A stretch of 64,000 bases of DNA from Ptychomitrium polyphyllum (taxonomy: Eukaryota): NCBI GenBank assembly GCA_973851085.1, contig OZ316775.1:11656001-11720000 (forward strand), in the 5' to 3' direction. The position numbers and the translations under genes are program-made. Position 1 is the stretch's first letter, and each line of letters starts with the position of its first letter. The notes below the pieces were generated by a model that was not told where the DNA came from, did no database searches, and saw only the letters and a list, made by a program, of their open reading frames with translations. Below, one piece after another: positions 1 through 13,834 of the stretch.

Positions 1-352
1 TGGGTTATGATCAATTTTGTGCGCCATTTAGCTGGAACGATTAGGTAAGAGATATAGCAATTTGCGACGTCCTCGGTCTTCAACTTCGTATTTTGCGGGG
101 TGGTCAATTGGCGAAGTGAATTTCTGTTGGTTTCTCGATCAAGTTGGTGTAGAGTCCGACACAATTGCAGATGGATGAGAAAAGCTTACACAAACTTTTG
201 AATGTGTACTAATGAAGGGACGTTTCTAATGCTTGTATTGAATTACCAGCTCCTATTAAAGTTGTTGGACATGAATGCATACTCTTTCGCAGCGACTAAT
301 ATAGAGTTGTTAAACCTTGGGAGATGGCTTTCTTGTGCATGACCGATTGCAG

Positions 353-895
353 GTAAACAAGTCTCTTGTTTCCCTCATCAACAAGGCAGGTGGCTGCGCT
401 GTGGGAATGTGTGGCAAAGACGGCAAGATCATCACCGCCAGAGCAGCTGGCAATGACCTTGGGTTTGTGGGCGAGATCACGGCCATCGACACAACCGTGG
501 TGCGTGGGATCCTAAACAACGGCCACCTCCCTGTGATCGCTTCTGTCGCAGCCGACAACGACGGCCAAGCGTACAACATCAACGCCGACATTGCGGCGGG
601 TGAGATCGCGGCTTCTCTTGGGGCTGAGAAGCTAATTCTCATGACGGACGTGCAGGGCGTGATGCTGGACTACAAAGATAGCAGTACTCTGGTGCGCGAG
701 GTGGACATCAAGGGCGTCCGGAAGCTCATTGCTGATGGAATTGTCTCCGGAGGTATGATTCCGAAGGTAGAATGCTGCGTGAGATCCCTTGCACAGGGCG
801 TGCATGCGGCGCATATCATCGATGGGCGCGCTCCACATTCGTTGCTTCTCGAGGTTCTCACAGATGAGGGCGCTGGGACCATGATCACCGGCTGA
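353..895 (+). CDS. NAGK: Acetylglutamate kinase, last coding exon (5' part lies upstream of the window)
   Basis: Acceptor ttgcAG ends at 352. Translation has amino-acid-kinase motifs [73 protein letters not shown]. Confidence 0.95.
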   Translation, partial: VNKSLVSLINKAGGCAVGMCGKDGKIITARAAGNDLGFVGEITAIDTTVVRGILNNGHLPVIASVAADNDGQAYNINADIAAGEIAASLGAEKLILMTDVQGVMLDYKDSSTLVREVDIKGVRKLIADGIVSGGMIPKVECCVRSLAQGVHAAHIIDGRAPHSLLLEVLTDEGAGTMITG

Positions 896-3800
896 TGAGC
901 ACTCTTCTTCACATGGTGAGTAAATCTACCTTAGACAATAATCTTACATTAATCATGGCTACTTGCATGATATGAATTCCTCCTCATGAAGTGCCGTATG
1001 CCTTCTCTCATGGTTTTTGTTTTCAGCGTTCAGGCTTCGGTGTGAATTTATTTTTATTCTGGAAAGGCATATGAAGTATATACATTGCAGACTGACTCTT
1101 CCTCCTGCAATGGGCTTAATTTTGGTCATGAGTGAGTTTTATGTTTGGAACATGATCTCGCTGGGGAATTTGAGGTTCAAGGGATTCTTTGAGAGAAAAT
1201 CGATGGTTCAAATGGGTTCCGAAACCACAACTGGTCCAGATTCCTTGAGTTGCCTTCCAATAATTGAATCATCTTCCTATAATAGTCTTACTTCGGAAAG
1301 AGATTAAAGAGGCTGGAGTGTGTGTTTTTCCCTCCCTTCTTGTACTCAGCATTATCGTTCTGCTTCAGAAATCTTGAGACTCAACCGCTTAATGCAATCT
1401 GCGAGGAATTTTAATTATAGTTTTAGTTTAGTTTTTTAATTTATCTGCATACGGTAGGGGTCGTATAAGTAAGATAGTGTTAGGGAAAGATTCAATGCTT
1501 CGAGAATGTTTTTCGTAACCACGAAATATCTGTAGTTGACTGGAAAACCTTCGGTATAGACCTTGATCTTAGAGAACTTGCATTACAAGCACGGATTTTG
1601 TGAGCTTGATTTTATTTTTATTGTGATTCAAACTCTGCCCATCCTTTTGTACCTGGAGTGGAACAAAGACAAGGCGGTGATATGAACACACAGCACAATA
1701 GCGATTTGTTGATTTTCAAGGACAACTTTTCAAAATGGGACGAAGGAGGGTCACGGTGCTCACTGTTGTGGGCTCTGGAGAGGCCATTTGTCATTTTCCT
1801 TCCTGTGTTGTGTCAACTTTACTGTACCCGTACCTGTAATAATTTTTGCTTTCATGGATTACTTAAATGGCAGGTGTCGACGTTGTTACCAGTACATGAC
1901 AAAATGATTACTGGAAGACATCTACGTTGGCACCGCCCAAAGGGACAGTATATCAAATTCTGTGATAACCTGATATCTTCGAAATCAAATTCTTTGACAA
2001 GCTAAATTATCAATCTATAAATATGTGCCCTAGTAAGTAGATTGCTTTGCCAGCATGTCTTTGTCCCAATTCTCAAGATTGGCAGATTGTTTGAATTTGA
2101 ACTCCCATCACTTTATCTGAACCTTTGTGGTATATAACCAAGGATATTTGTACTAAAGAGAAGTTTGTGTTGTTATTTGTGTGAATTTGCACAGATTGCT
2201 GTTGAAGTAGGAGCAGAGAAATCCTTTTTGAGACTAAATCAAGTGACCATGCATGAAGTGCATATATTGTTGTTGCAGTGCCAGTGTATTGAGTGACAGA
2301 TCCATGGCCCAAGTAAAAAGTATGTTAACTCAGTCCCTTTCTCTTTTCTCTTAGTCACACGTGAAAATCACATTGTTGACATGTTTCTGTAAACAAGTTG
2401 TGCTAAAATTACCAATGTAAGTTGTTCAAACATGCATTAGAGACTTACTTCATACTCTAGCAGAATTATCTTACTCTCTAGCCTCTGTTAATCTTCTGGT
2501 CAAATTAATTTAAACTTGATATGGAAAATCATTTTCTCTTCTGCATTCTGTACCTTGAAAATTAAATACATATCTTGTTTAGATCTTGAAAAGGTACTTA
2601 GCTCAATTGTAAGGATTCAGTCTACTGGGCTTAGGAAAGCATAGGGCAGAGTCTAGTTGCAAACCTTCCAAGCAGTTATAGGCTCCTCAACAATCATGAA
2701 TGCAACACTTCATACAGAAGTAATATTTAACCAGCATCATCCTCAAGGATGGCTAATGTTCTACTACAACAGTGGATTTTACACTTTGTATTAGAATATG
2801 ATGATTTATTGACATTGTTGCATGGAGGATTAGTAGGCGGTTCCATTTGGTGAATATATTTTAGCATTATTATGTTGCTGTTATAATAATATAACATTAT
2901 TGTAATATTATATTCCATAATTTCATTAATTCATAATTATATACTATAAAGTCTTTTCTATTTCTATTGCAGCATATGGAATACCATATTCATTATCATG
3001 GGAAATTTCAAAGTTTCAAATGTCAACACTGTACATTGATTATGCAGTAGTTTAAAATGTCCCAAAATTGTTGTTTTGCTCTATTATAGTGAACATTGTG
3101 ATATGGTAGACAAAGCATCAAAGAAGGTAAAATCATACTTATGCTTATAACTTGTTAACGTTGCAACATTTTTTAAGATAATTTTGATTGAATCACTCAT
3201 TTATAATAGATTTTTTTTTTTAATTAATCCTTTTTTTTAGTGATGATGTCACTTCCTTTACATCTTTGTTCATTCCATTTATATTTTAGATCAAAAATCA
3301 TATTCCAATGCAAGAATGTTCCATTTACTTTTGTAAAACTCACCAACAAATTTAAAGTTGAAGTTAAAAGTAGATATTCACTTGTTTTATGGAGTCAAGT
3401 AAGTTCCAAAATAATAATAATAAAGACATAAACTTAGCCATTGCAAGATAATTTAGACAATATTTGTTATTTTTTTAGAGAGTAAATTATGTTCACTTGT
3501 ATCAATAATAAATATATAAATATACAAAAATCTTCAATTCCACTTACTTTGAAGATCCTATGGATGATTCTTTGTAGATTATTGGCATATTCATTTCAAT
3601 GGCTTTCTTTTCCAAGTCAAATGACAATTTATAAATAATGCCACTTACGTCTTCTTTAAATGTTGGGCATCTCTTTTTGCCCATTTTAAACCTCGAGTTA
3701 CTTTCTACTAGAAAACATCAAACCACACCTCTAATACTGCTTCTTTACAATAGATGTTGATGTAAATAACTCTTGATCTTTTTTTTTGACATCTACAAAC

Positions 3801-4778
3801 TGCGAGCATGCATTATTTCAATGCTCATTATATGATCATTATGATAATGGCAACTCAAACATAAGTCTATATTTCTTCTTCTTTTTTGAATTATCCACGA
3901 CATGGCAATCAAATATTTAACTTTTTGTAATTTTTATATTAGTAACATATCTACCAATATTTGATAATATATCTAATTTTTTTATGCCACTAGTGCTATC
4001 AATTTCTTGTTTTTAAACCCTGATTACAATAGCCACTTTTCCAAATATTTGAAATAGTTGGAACGCTAATTTCCATATATTTATGTTGCCTTGTAGATCT
4101 ACAAATGTATTGTTGAAAAGAGAGAAACATATAAAATAATCCTAGTTGATGTTTTCTTTGTATGGTACTTAATCATAATAAATTGTTAAAGGTCAAAAGA
4201 ATGTTAAGGCAGAGGCCATAGAGGATATGGAGGCTAGGATTAAGAAAAAGGTAACAAGAATTTAGAGTGGCGGCTAGAACTTGGCCTCCTTTGAATATTC
4301 TTTCTACTATATAAATAAATTGTATTGGAAATAAGAGTTATCTGGCTCTACACTTCTCTTGTTGCAACCTTGTTCCCTTTTTTTACTTATCGTATTAATA
4401 TTGTTGCATTTCTTCAATATGTATCTTACACCATCTTTGCCCCATGCTAGCACTACTAATGTTATTACTACTTTTTATTATTCCTTTCCATATTAATTCA
4501 ATTTTGTATATAAAATCTATTTTTCATTTTATTTTTCAATTTTATGTGTTTTTTCTTTTTTAGTGATTTTGAATAATCCATTACAATGGCATCAATTGTT
4601 ATAGACGGTTTTAACATGCATTTTACAATGCTTGTAGAAAATTATGGTATTATCATAGTTTAGGAAAAAATTCTTAATTTGAAGTTCAAATTTTAAATGG
4701 ATATTATGTACCTTAAACAACATCTCTATCTAAAGTTTTTCAAGTTATAACAAGTTAGAGCTATAGAAAGTTAAAAAT

Positions 4779-6032
4779 TTGTCACATAGTATTTGCAACG
4801 TATTCCAATTACCTTTCATGATTCAAATGATCCATGGATCCTTGAAACCATTAGTAATGACAAGCACCTTATATTTAGGGCCAAGCATAAAATTTTGTAT
4901 CTTTGTTGTAAAAACGTCCTTCAAACATCACTTTTATATGACCTTCATGGACAAGCTCTAGTTCAAGTTAATCACCAATGATCTATTACTAGGTATCTTT
5001 TGATGTCATCTTGGTCCAATTTGTTCTTTGTCTTAAAATCATTGATATGAGCCATTTGATTAGGATGGCACTACTAGCATGGTATTTGTATCTTGACTAT
5101 CCATATTTAATATACTAAATTGATCTCAAAGAACTATGATAAACTCAAAATACAAAGGACTAAATTCTATGTCATGTATGGAGTTTTAGGAACTTATGTT
5201 CTAAGAATTGCTTTCTTTTCTGTTTAAAAAGTTGCCTTGTAATATTCTTAATCTTCTTACAATTGAATCTTCATGATTGCTTGAAGCTTTCCCATTCTTG
5301 TCGCAAATTCTTCTATAGCTAGATTTTTAAATTTTGGAAGTTGTAAAATATCCAACTTTGGAAGATGTCCATAGTTGGAGTAGAATGGCTTCTGATTAAT
5401 AGAAGCGTGAATTGTCTTCTTGAAAGAAAACTCCGCCAAAGATAAATAAGTTGATTGTGCAACTCAAATGTTGTTTCAAGATTTTATTGACTTGCTTTAT
5501 TTGTCCATTAGTTTGGGAATAAAAGGCAGAAGAAAGTCTAATGACAACCTTAAGGATCTAAGAGAGGAACTTCCAAAACCTTAATATGAATTGTGCCCTA
5601 CAATTTAATATGATATTATTTGGCAGACCGTGATAACAATAGATATTATGCATAAAGAGTACAAAATCCTTGATGCCTTTATACATTTGAAGCCACTAAA
5701 AGTCAAGGAAGAGGAATTCGAAGATTTTGTTGAATCTAAAATATTTAGCCGCTAGAAAACTGTGGCTTCTTTTAAAAAACTCAAAGGCAAGTTGATCTTT
5801 TGGAGTTTTATAAACATTCTTTAAAATACAATAAGCCCTTTTCAAACTTAAACTTTGCTGGATTGGTTGATAAATTGTTGGATCAATGTTTAACATAAAA
5901 AATAAGAGGATCCAAAGCTAATAATTAAAAAACCTTGTCAAAGAATGATGAATCCATTGGCATAGAAGAAATAGTTGCTTGAAAAAAGAATTCCTTGATT
6001 TTCAAAATTATTGTCTGTTGTTGATTATATGC
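4779..6032 (-). mobile_element. Gypsy/chromovirus element B, distal part (decayed integrase with internal deletion, plus 3' internal region)
   Basis: Minus-strand decayed integrase text such as HNIYCYHGLPNNII, SSAFYSQTNGQ and HASINQKPFYSNYG. The pol reading resumes at 6032 (AYNQQQTIILK), where element A interrupts it. Confidence 0.75.
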
Positions 6033-6450
6033 TGATTTTAGGAATATAAGAAAAAAAAACCGACACAAAATGGTTCCTAAGAATCAACTTTCAAAGAGTT
6101 GATGATGAATTAGAATTAATACAAAAACTAGAACAAGAGCACAATACATTATAATCCACAATTTGTATTGGCAAGACTAAAATATACCCTATCTTGCCTC
6201 CTATTTATATTATGACGCTTGTATTTCTTGAGGTACTTCTAAAGAAGCTTCCTATGAAGCTTAAGAATGTTCTAGAAATCTATGAACCTTCTTAAAGGAA
6301 TTTTCTAAGGAAGTGGAACCTTCTTAAGAAGTTTCTAAAAGAGGTGGAATGGCTATAGAAGCATTGACAGTATTCTAAGAAACTATTATAATGTACCATA
6401 AGGTTTTAAAAGATTCTAAAGACTATATTGAATAATCTATGCCTGTGGCA
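6033..6450 (-). repeat. 3' LTR of element A
   Basis: Aligns by eye with 13255-13834. On the minus strand it begins TGCCACA at 6450 and is preceded by a purine tract. Confidence 0.85.
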
Positions 6451-6467
6451 TCACCTCTTCTTTCAAC
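6451..6467 (-). other. Polypurine tract of element A
   Basis: Minus strand GTTGAAAGAAGAGGTGA directly abuts the TG of the 3' LTR. Confidence 0.75.
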
Positions 6468-9400
6468 AACAAGTTCTACAAAGAACTCTTATTGTGACTT
6501 GTCAATTATCACAAATTCCAGAATTTGTCAAAGAAGAGAAGCAACATATTTTGCTTATTGTTCTTTATCCACTAAATCAACCACTCTTTATAAAAAATGG
6601 TGATGACCATTACCCAAGACTTCTGTTATTAAAACATCCTAGCTAAAGATTTGATATTGATTAAGTGCTTCAAAACATCTTCCAAATAAGATCTTTGGTC
6701 TTCCAAAAGCGACTCTTTCAACTTCTAACGAAATGACTGGAGATTGAGCATCTAAATCAAAACTAGAATGTAAAGATTGATTGGCCAATACTTCTTCACG
6801 TGGTTGCGCTTAATATTAAATTGCCTTTGTCATATCTTACCTTAGATCCTCCAGTGTTGAAGGTTAAGAAAGTTTTATTAATTCAGTAGATATTTATGTT
6901 GAAGAAAACATGACCAATTGCTCTTTACACATATCCATGATAACATAAAGATTTGACATACTAGCTAAGATCTAAGATCATCTATTATTGGCCTACCACG
7001 TATTATATCTGGTACTACCAAACTTCCTCTATTGTTCTCCCTCTATCAATATTAACAAACAATTGAAGGTTGGATATTGTTCCCTCTTTTTTATACTTCT
7101 CTATAAAAAAACCTTCTTTGTGAAGCTAATAGCTATTGATTTATAATAATACATCATCAATGACTTGGTTTTTGAGAATATCTTTGATGAAGTTTGTATA
7201 TCTTGTTAGATGCATTTGTCTCATTGATTAGAAGTTTTTAATTTTCGTCATTGATGTTGAATCCTTACCAATGTATAAGGTATTCCATACATCCATTCTT
7301 ACTGAATAAATGTAAAATCTCTTCAATTTTATATTCCATTTCATTATTGATTTCCACCAAATGAAGCAAAAAAACGGACCTTCTTTGTATACCTGATTTA
7401 TTATAAGGTTCCAACAAAAATACATAAAATACTTGATGTATCTGCATGGTTGGTGGTAGTTTTAGTTGATAAACCAATTGGATTAATTTGTTTGATGATT
7501 TCAAATAGCCCATGCCTTTAATAATCTAGCTATTTTGACGAACTTTTTGTTTGTATATTTTGTCATAGGAGCCATATGCTATCTCCAACCTTGTACTTTG
7601 GATGGTCCTTCTAATGACAATTTGCATAAGTTTTGTATTAATCTTGAGCTTGTTGTAACTGGAAAAAAATTCTTGGTGGATTTTAGAAAATGAATTGCAA
7701 AATCTTCTATTGCAAGACTTCCAATATTTTCATCTTAAAGGAATCTACTTGAAAATGATAGCTATAATTTACATAAAATGAATTTTGCATTGTTGAAGAA
7801 CGCATTATATGTTTGTAAGCAAACTTTGCCAAAAATAAGAGATCCATCTAGTTGTCTTGTTGGTAATTTATGCTGCAACAAAAATAGTGTTCCAATATTT
7901 AATTTACACATTTTGTTTGACCATTGGTCTGCCAATGGTGTGTTGAAAAAAAGTTCATCTTTACACGCAAGGACTAGAATAAAACCTTCCAAAAGTTGGA
8001 GATGAACTACAATCCTTGATTGGATAAAACATCATTTGATATTTTATGTATGTGGTAAATGTGATTTAAAGACAACTTGGCAATTTCTTCTCTTTTTACC
8101 GTTTTATTACATGGAATGAAATGCATCATTTTAGTTAACCAATCCACCACTACTAAAATAAAATCTTTAAAATTAGAATTAGAGACGTTTGTGATAAAAT
8201 CCATAGACAATGACAACCATAAACCCTTTGGCATTGGAAGAAGATGGAAGAGACCATGAGCTTGATGTCCTGGTACATTGGCCTTTGTGCAAGTGTTGCA
8301 TGATTAAATAAAGTCTTTCCTATATTTCCACATTTTTGGCCACCAATTGTCATTGGCAATTAATTCCATTGTTTTATTGAATCCAAATTGCCCTACCGCT
8401 AAAAAATCATGGATTGTTTGAAGGATCTTTAATTAGAAAGGTCCTGGATGTAGTTACAAAAGTCCTTCATAATAAAGTATGCCTTTTTGGAAATCAAAAT
8501 TCTCATCATTATTTGAAAGATCTTTATTGTCTTTAAAGTGCTTCTTCATACTTAATACAAAGATATCATTTCTAAAAGCTTTCCAAATTTCATCAAAATG
8601 GGATGTTGTGGTAGTGATCATTGCTATTTATTGAAGATTCTATGGCTTCACCAAAATAGTCATTTTTTGATCTAAAACTTCATCTTTAAATATAAAAGCC
8701 ACAAAATATCTTTAAAATAAGGCATTTGGCTTATCTTGTGGACTACTAGGTTGATAGGTAATAATAAAGTCAAATCTAGAAAGCGACATATTCCACCTTG
8801 CTTGACGGCAATTTACTACACGCACAATCATAAAGTATTCCAAGTTCTTATAGTCTGTGTATATCGTAATGGTATGTTGAGCTCCTTCCAACAAATGTTG
8901 TCATTTCTCAAATGCATCCACAATTGCAAATAATTCTTTGTCATATATATTATTGTTGATCTTTGTCATTAAGAACTTCTTTGAGCAAGAGGCAATTGGA
9001 TCAAATCTTCCTTCTTGATTATGTTATTAGAGTACTGAGTCAAGTGCAAAGTCTAAGGCATTTGTTTCTAAATAAAATGATTTTGATGGATTTGGATGAA
9101 TAAAAATTGGAACCGTTACAAATGACTTCTTAAGACCTTGAAAGGCTCCCTCTACTTTTTAATTCCAAGTGAATTATTGCTTTGTTGTAAGTTGCATCAA
9201 TGGTATCGCAATCTTGGAATAATCCTTGACGAATATCCTATAGAAATTTGTAAATTTCAAAAAGCATTAAACATCTCAACTTGATCTTGACATACTCCAC
9301 TCTATAACAATACTTGTTTTCTTCTCATCCATGTGGATTCCTTTGTTAAAGATTATGTAGCTTAATAATTCAATCGAAGATTTATGGAAAAAGATATTTT

Positions 9401-9497
9401 TCCAATTTGGCATATAATCTTCACAAGTGTTGTTTTTTTAAAATTAATTGTACGTGAAATTTATAATCTTGTTCATCTTTTGAATATATTAAAACAT

Positions 9498-10725
9498 TGG
9501 TGTCATAAAAGAGCATTGCTTTAAGAAAGCATTGGGCTTCTAACTGCTACTAATTATTCAATAAACATTAATTATAAATCCCTGCCACTTCTAGTTTCAA
9601 TATATCCCTCATAACTTTGAATCAAGACTTTAAATTTAATATATGCTTTAATTATCTTATCAATTATAAATTTGTCAAATTTCACATTCAAATTCTTCCT
9701 TTAATTCCTTCTATCAATTAAAACGTGCTATCCAAATTCTACTGTGTACTGGTTCTTAAAGTCCCAATTACACTTTCTTTTACATCTTTTATTATAAAAG
9801 CTTTTGTTCTCTAAATTCTTACACCATTACTTAAAAATAGTAAAAATACGACCTTCTCAATTTCATCATCAAAATCCATTTGTATACAAAGATATAAGCT
9901 TTCAAAATAGTAGCTCTGCAAAACTCAAAAAGAGTTGACCCAACTATATTTAAACTAGCACCACGGTTACATAATAACTCTAAACGGAGCATGTGATCAT
10001 GTGATGGCTTTTTGAAGAACCTTACAAGAGAAAAAAATATACCTAACAAAAATCAATTCAAATTAAAAAATATACAATGGAATATTGCTAAGAAAATAAT
10101 TACCTCTTAAACAAATGGAAGAAGCCAAGAGAATAGAAGAGGGTGATGGTCAAACAACCACATCCATCCTTTTTCTTTTTACATCAGGCCCTTATCTCTT
10201 CACATCAACCCCTAATTCTTCACATTTTCACAAAAAACAATCTAAATCAATATTTTTTTATTTTTTTTAAATTTTTTTCTATTAATTGAAACTTCTAAAT
10301 TTAAACTACAAAAAGAAATAAAACCAACACTTATAAATCCAAAATAGAAAAAATATAATAAGCTAAAAATAAAACTCTTGTAAAGATAGGATTACACACC
10401 AAGTCATGAATTTGGTTGATTGGATAATTTCCAGCCATTGAACCGGTTCAAATTTTATTCTTATTGAATTTATTGTATAAAACTACAGCACTTGGCTTGG
10501 TACTACTTGCAAGAATGGTAAGTAGGAAAAAAACTACAATGAATAAATCTACTTACCATGAACTAAGACAAAATACAGTTTCACTTCTAAGACAAATAAA
10601 ATTGTGGTTTCATCATAACCCTTCTATTAAACTATTTTTTTTCTAACATTCTTTTTTAAATTACAATCCATAGAATAATTATAAATAGTTAAAATTTAAA
10701 TTATACAATTAAACACATCACGACA
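9498..10725. mobile_element. Solo-LTR-like insertion (~1.2 kb) inside the RT gene of element A
   Basis: TG...CA termini flanked by ACAT direct repeats (9494-9497 and 10726-10729). Removing it restores LDDFVGIYSYDVLIYSK. Confidence 0.75.
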
Positions 10726-13254
10726 ACATCATACGAGTAGATGCCTACAAAATCATCCAAATGCTCATACAATATATTATTCATCATGTATTCAAAGATT
10801 GTAGGGACATTATAAAAGCCAAAAGATATAATATTGTATTCAAAATGGTCATATCTAGATAAAAATTTGTCTTCCATTCATCTCTTTCTTTAATACATAC
10901 GAGGTTGTAGGCCCCTCTAAGGTTATTTTTGGTGAATATCTTTGTTTGACTAAGTTGTTGTATAATTTTTAAAATTAATGGTAATGAATAACAATTATTT
11001 TTGGTCACTTTATTGAGGCCTCAATAATCCATACACATACGTAATGATCCATCTTTCTTCTTTACAAATAGAATGGATGTTCTAGCAAGTGATTTGCAAT
11101 GTTGAATGAAACCCTTTCCAAGATTTTCATTAATATATTCTTTCAAGGCAATCAACTCAATTTGTAATAATTTATAAATAAGTCCAAAAAATGATTGGGC
11201 TCCTTCTTTGTAACTCAATGGTTCAATTGTAAGGCCAGTATTTTAACAATATGTCTGCATTATTCTTTTCAAAGATTTCTTTATAATCTTAGTATTAATG
11301 GACTATGCCTTAATTTATCTCTTATATAAAGCCAAACATTAGCATAGCATAAATGGCATAAATTGGTTTATCCTTTGCCACTTTCATTAACGCTTTAATT
11401 TTAATAAATGATGGTCAAAGATTTCTTGTACCTTAACATCTTTTCCTTACAACCACATTTTGTAAGTGCCAATCAATGTTTGGATTATGTAATTCAAACA
11501 AAAAAAGGCCCTAGACAATAGAATTTGTTCAACATTGAATGATGTTGAAAATAATCTTAGATGCTTAGTTCTCTAAAGCAAATTCCAAGGATTAAATTTC
11601 TTCAATAATATTATCAGATACAAAAGATTTTTTATTGATAATTTCAACAGGTGTGGGATGTTTTTTATTCACAAGCACCATATAGTGTTTGGTTGCAAAA
11701 TTCTTTTCCATAAAACATGCTATTGTATTAGTGTTCAAATTAGCTTCAATAAATATTTCATCACCTAACAATTTATTCTTGATAGAAGACATAAACCAAG
11801 AATTAGGAGTTACAAATAATAAAAACCTTGATTTGATGGTCATTTCCTTGTAGTGTCCAATTACATGGTCCTTATAATGATAGGACATCCTCATTTTCCA
11901 ACTCTACTATTGTGTTCTAAGCCTTGAAGGCAAATTCTTTGATTTGTCAATCTTGCCACAATACAGACACAAATCTTCTCTTTAACATATAATTTTTCAA
12001 CTAAAGTCAAACATCTAAATTAACCAGCATCAATTTGCATTGGTTCTAATTCTAATAATTTGGCTTTTTTATACCTTTGAAGAAGTGGTTTCTATACCTT
12101 GATGTATTAGTTTTCATCCCAATTATTGTTCTTAGTGCCTCTCAAATAATCTATTATTACATGCTATAGTTTGAGTGATGAATTTGTCCAACATATCAAT
12201 CCTTGGCATTGTAAGTAACAAATCCTTCAAAAAACTTTCTAAATCCCATTGGAATTTTGTGACCTAGGCATTATCATTTCAATTAAGATTGCAAATTAAT
12301 TGTCAAAACTTTGCAGCATATATAACAACCAAGTGCTATTCTTGTTGTAGACTTTGGATTCTTATTTTAGCCCTGCTTTCTTAGTCAATGTTTCTAAATG
12401 TAGATACTAATGCTTCCATGAAAGCATTTAAAATGTTCAACAATAGTAATTTTTTCATCATTAACGATGTGAACCATGATAGTGCATTGTCTAATAGAAG
12501 AGTGGCTACAAATCCTACTTGAATAGTATTTTCATGATAGCAAGATTGATGCAAACTAAAGAAAAACCTTACTTGTTGAACAAAGTCTCTCAACTTTGAT
12601 TTTGATCCATTAATTTTATCTGGCATATTAATCTTTGGATCTACATGGTTTCAATGTAAGGCTTCTCTTCCAATATTAGCCTCTTTTAATCAAATAATTT
12701 CTTTATATAGACTCTAAATATCAGCATTGAATTCTTTAGCTTGACAAAGTGTAGACTTCTAAATTGTTGGTGGTGTTAAAATGAGTAAGCTCTGTCTAAA
12801 TTGAGTTCAATAATTCTTGAAATTTTGCAATAGTTGGAAACTTAATCTCTAATGTTCCCAACATATTATCCATACTTAGACCAATAAACTTTATAAATGA
12901 AAAATATAAAAATATAAAAATCAAAGAATAAACTTAGAAGGGGGAAATCTGCAAACTCCAAGGACCATTTATATCTTCAAGAAGAAAATGCACATATTTA
13001 AGATCATGAGAAACAAAAAGAATATTAATATCGTCAAAAAAAGATAATTTGCGTTTTTTGAAAGATTAATTTTTTATCAAAAAAAGTAATACTTGTTTTT
13101 AAAAAAAGAAATCAACTTATGGTGTCAACTTAAAGAAAGATGATCTGTAACCTCTAAGACACTTTAAGATCCTAATGAAGATGGAAAATCGACTATTTTT
13201 TTCAAAGAAAATTTAGCTTTTACAAAGATGAGGGATAATCTTGCCAAACTATTA

Positions 13255-13834
13255 TGAACATATGAAATAAGAAGCAAACACAAAGTGGTTCTTAAGAATT
13301 AGCTTCTAAAGAGTTAATGATTAATAAATATTGATACAAAGACTAGAATAAGATTACAATACAATACGATGTATAATTTGTATTGGCAAGACAAAGATAT
13401 ATCTTATCTTTCTTTCTATATATATATTTTTTGGTCTTTTTATATTTATGAAAAAATGTAATTTTTTAAAATTTTACAAGTGTTTTCTTTTGTCTTAATG
13501 CTTTACTTGTTTTTGATGCGGTTTTGCCAACAAAGAACAATCTAATTTGCCATTACTAATCTCTTTTATCACAATATTGCCAATTTTTGAGTTCATATAA
13601 TGCTTGTATTTTCTAGGATATTTCTAAAGAAGCTTCCTATGAAGTTTAAGAATGTTTCAAAGAACCACGAAACCTTCCTAAGAAGTTTTCTAAGGAGGTG
13701 GAACCTTCCTAAGAAGTTTTCCATGAAGTTGGAATAGCTGTGGAAACATTGAAAGTATTCTAAGAAGCTACAAAAATGTACCAAAAGGTTTAAAAGGTTT
13801 TGAAGACTATATTGTATGATCTATGTTTGTGACA
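13255..13834 (-). repeat. 5' LTR of element A, with a ~165 bp secondary insertion at ~13428-13594
   Basis: Minus strand starts TGTCACA at 13834. Colinear with 6033-6450 except for the extra segment. TATA-like run at ~13417-13427. Confidence 0.85.

Larger units (their letters stand above)
6033..13834 (-). mobile_element. Full-length but decayed Ty3/gypsy chromovirus (element A): LTR-gag-PR-RT-RNaseH-IN-chromodomain-PPT-LTR
   Basis: Gag MPDKINGSKSKLRDFVQQV..NALSWF (12626-12381); Zn-knuckle LCLYCG (~11970); protease (~11750); RT ILFVKKKDGSLRMCMDY and LRGAYNLV (11218-10784); RNaseH YTDYKNLEYF..RQARW (8894-8712); IN WLSLSMDFIT..ILVVVDWLTKMMHFIP (8234-8007); chromodomain EYKIEEIL..EYLIHW (~7340-7265). 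Many stops and frameshifts. Confidence 0.9.

Noticed and set aside
3400..4770. Possible further transposon remnant
   Set aside because: AT-rich and TE-like, but no motif could be identified with confidence.
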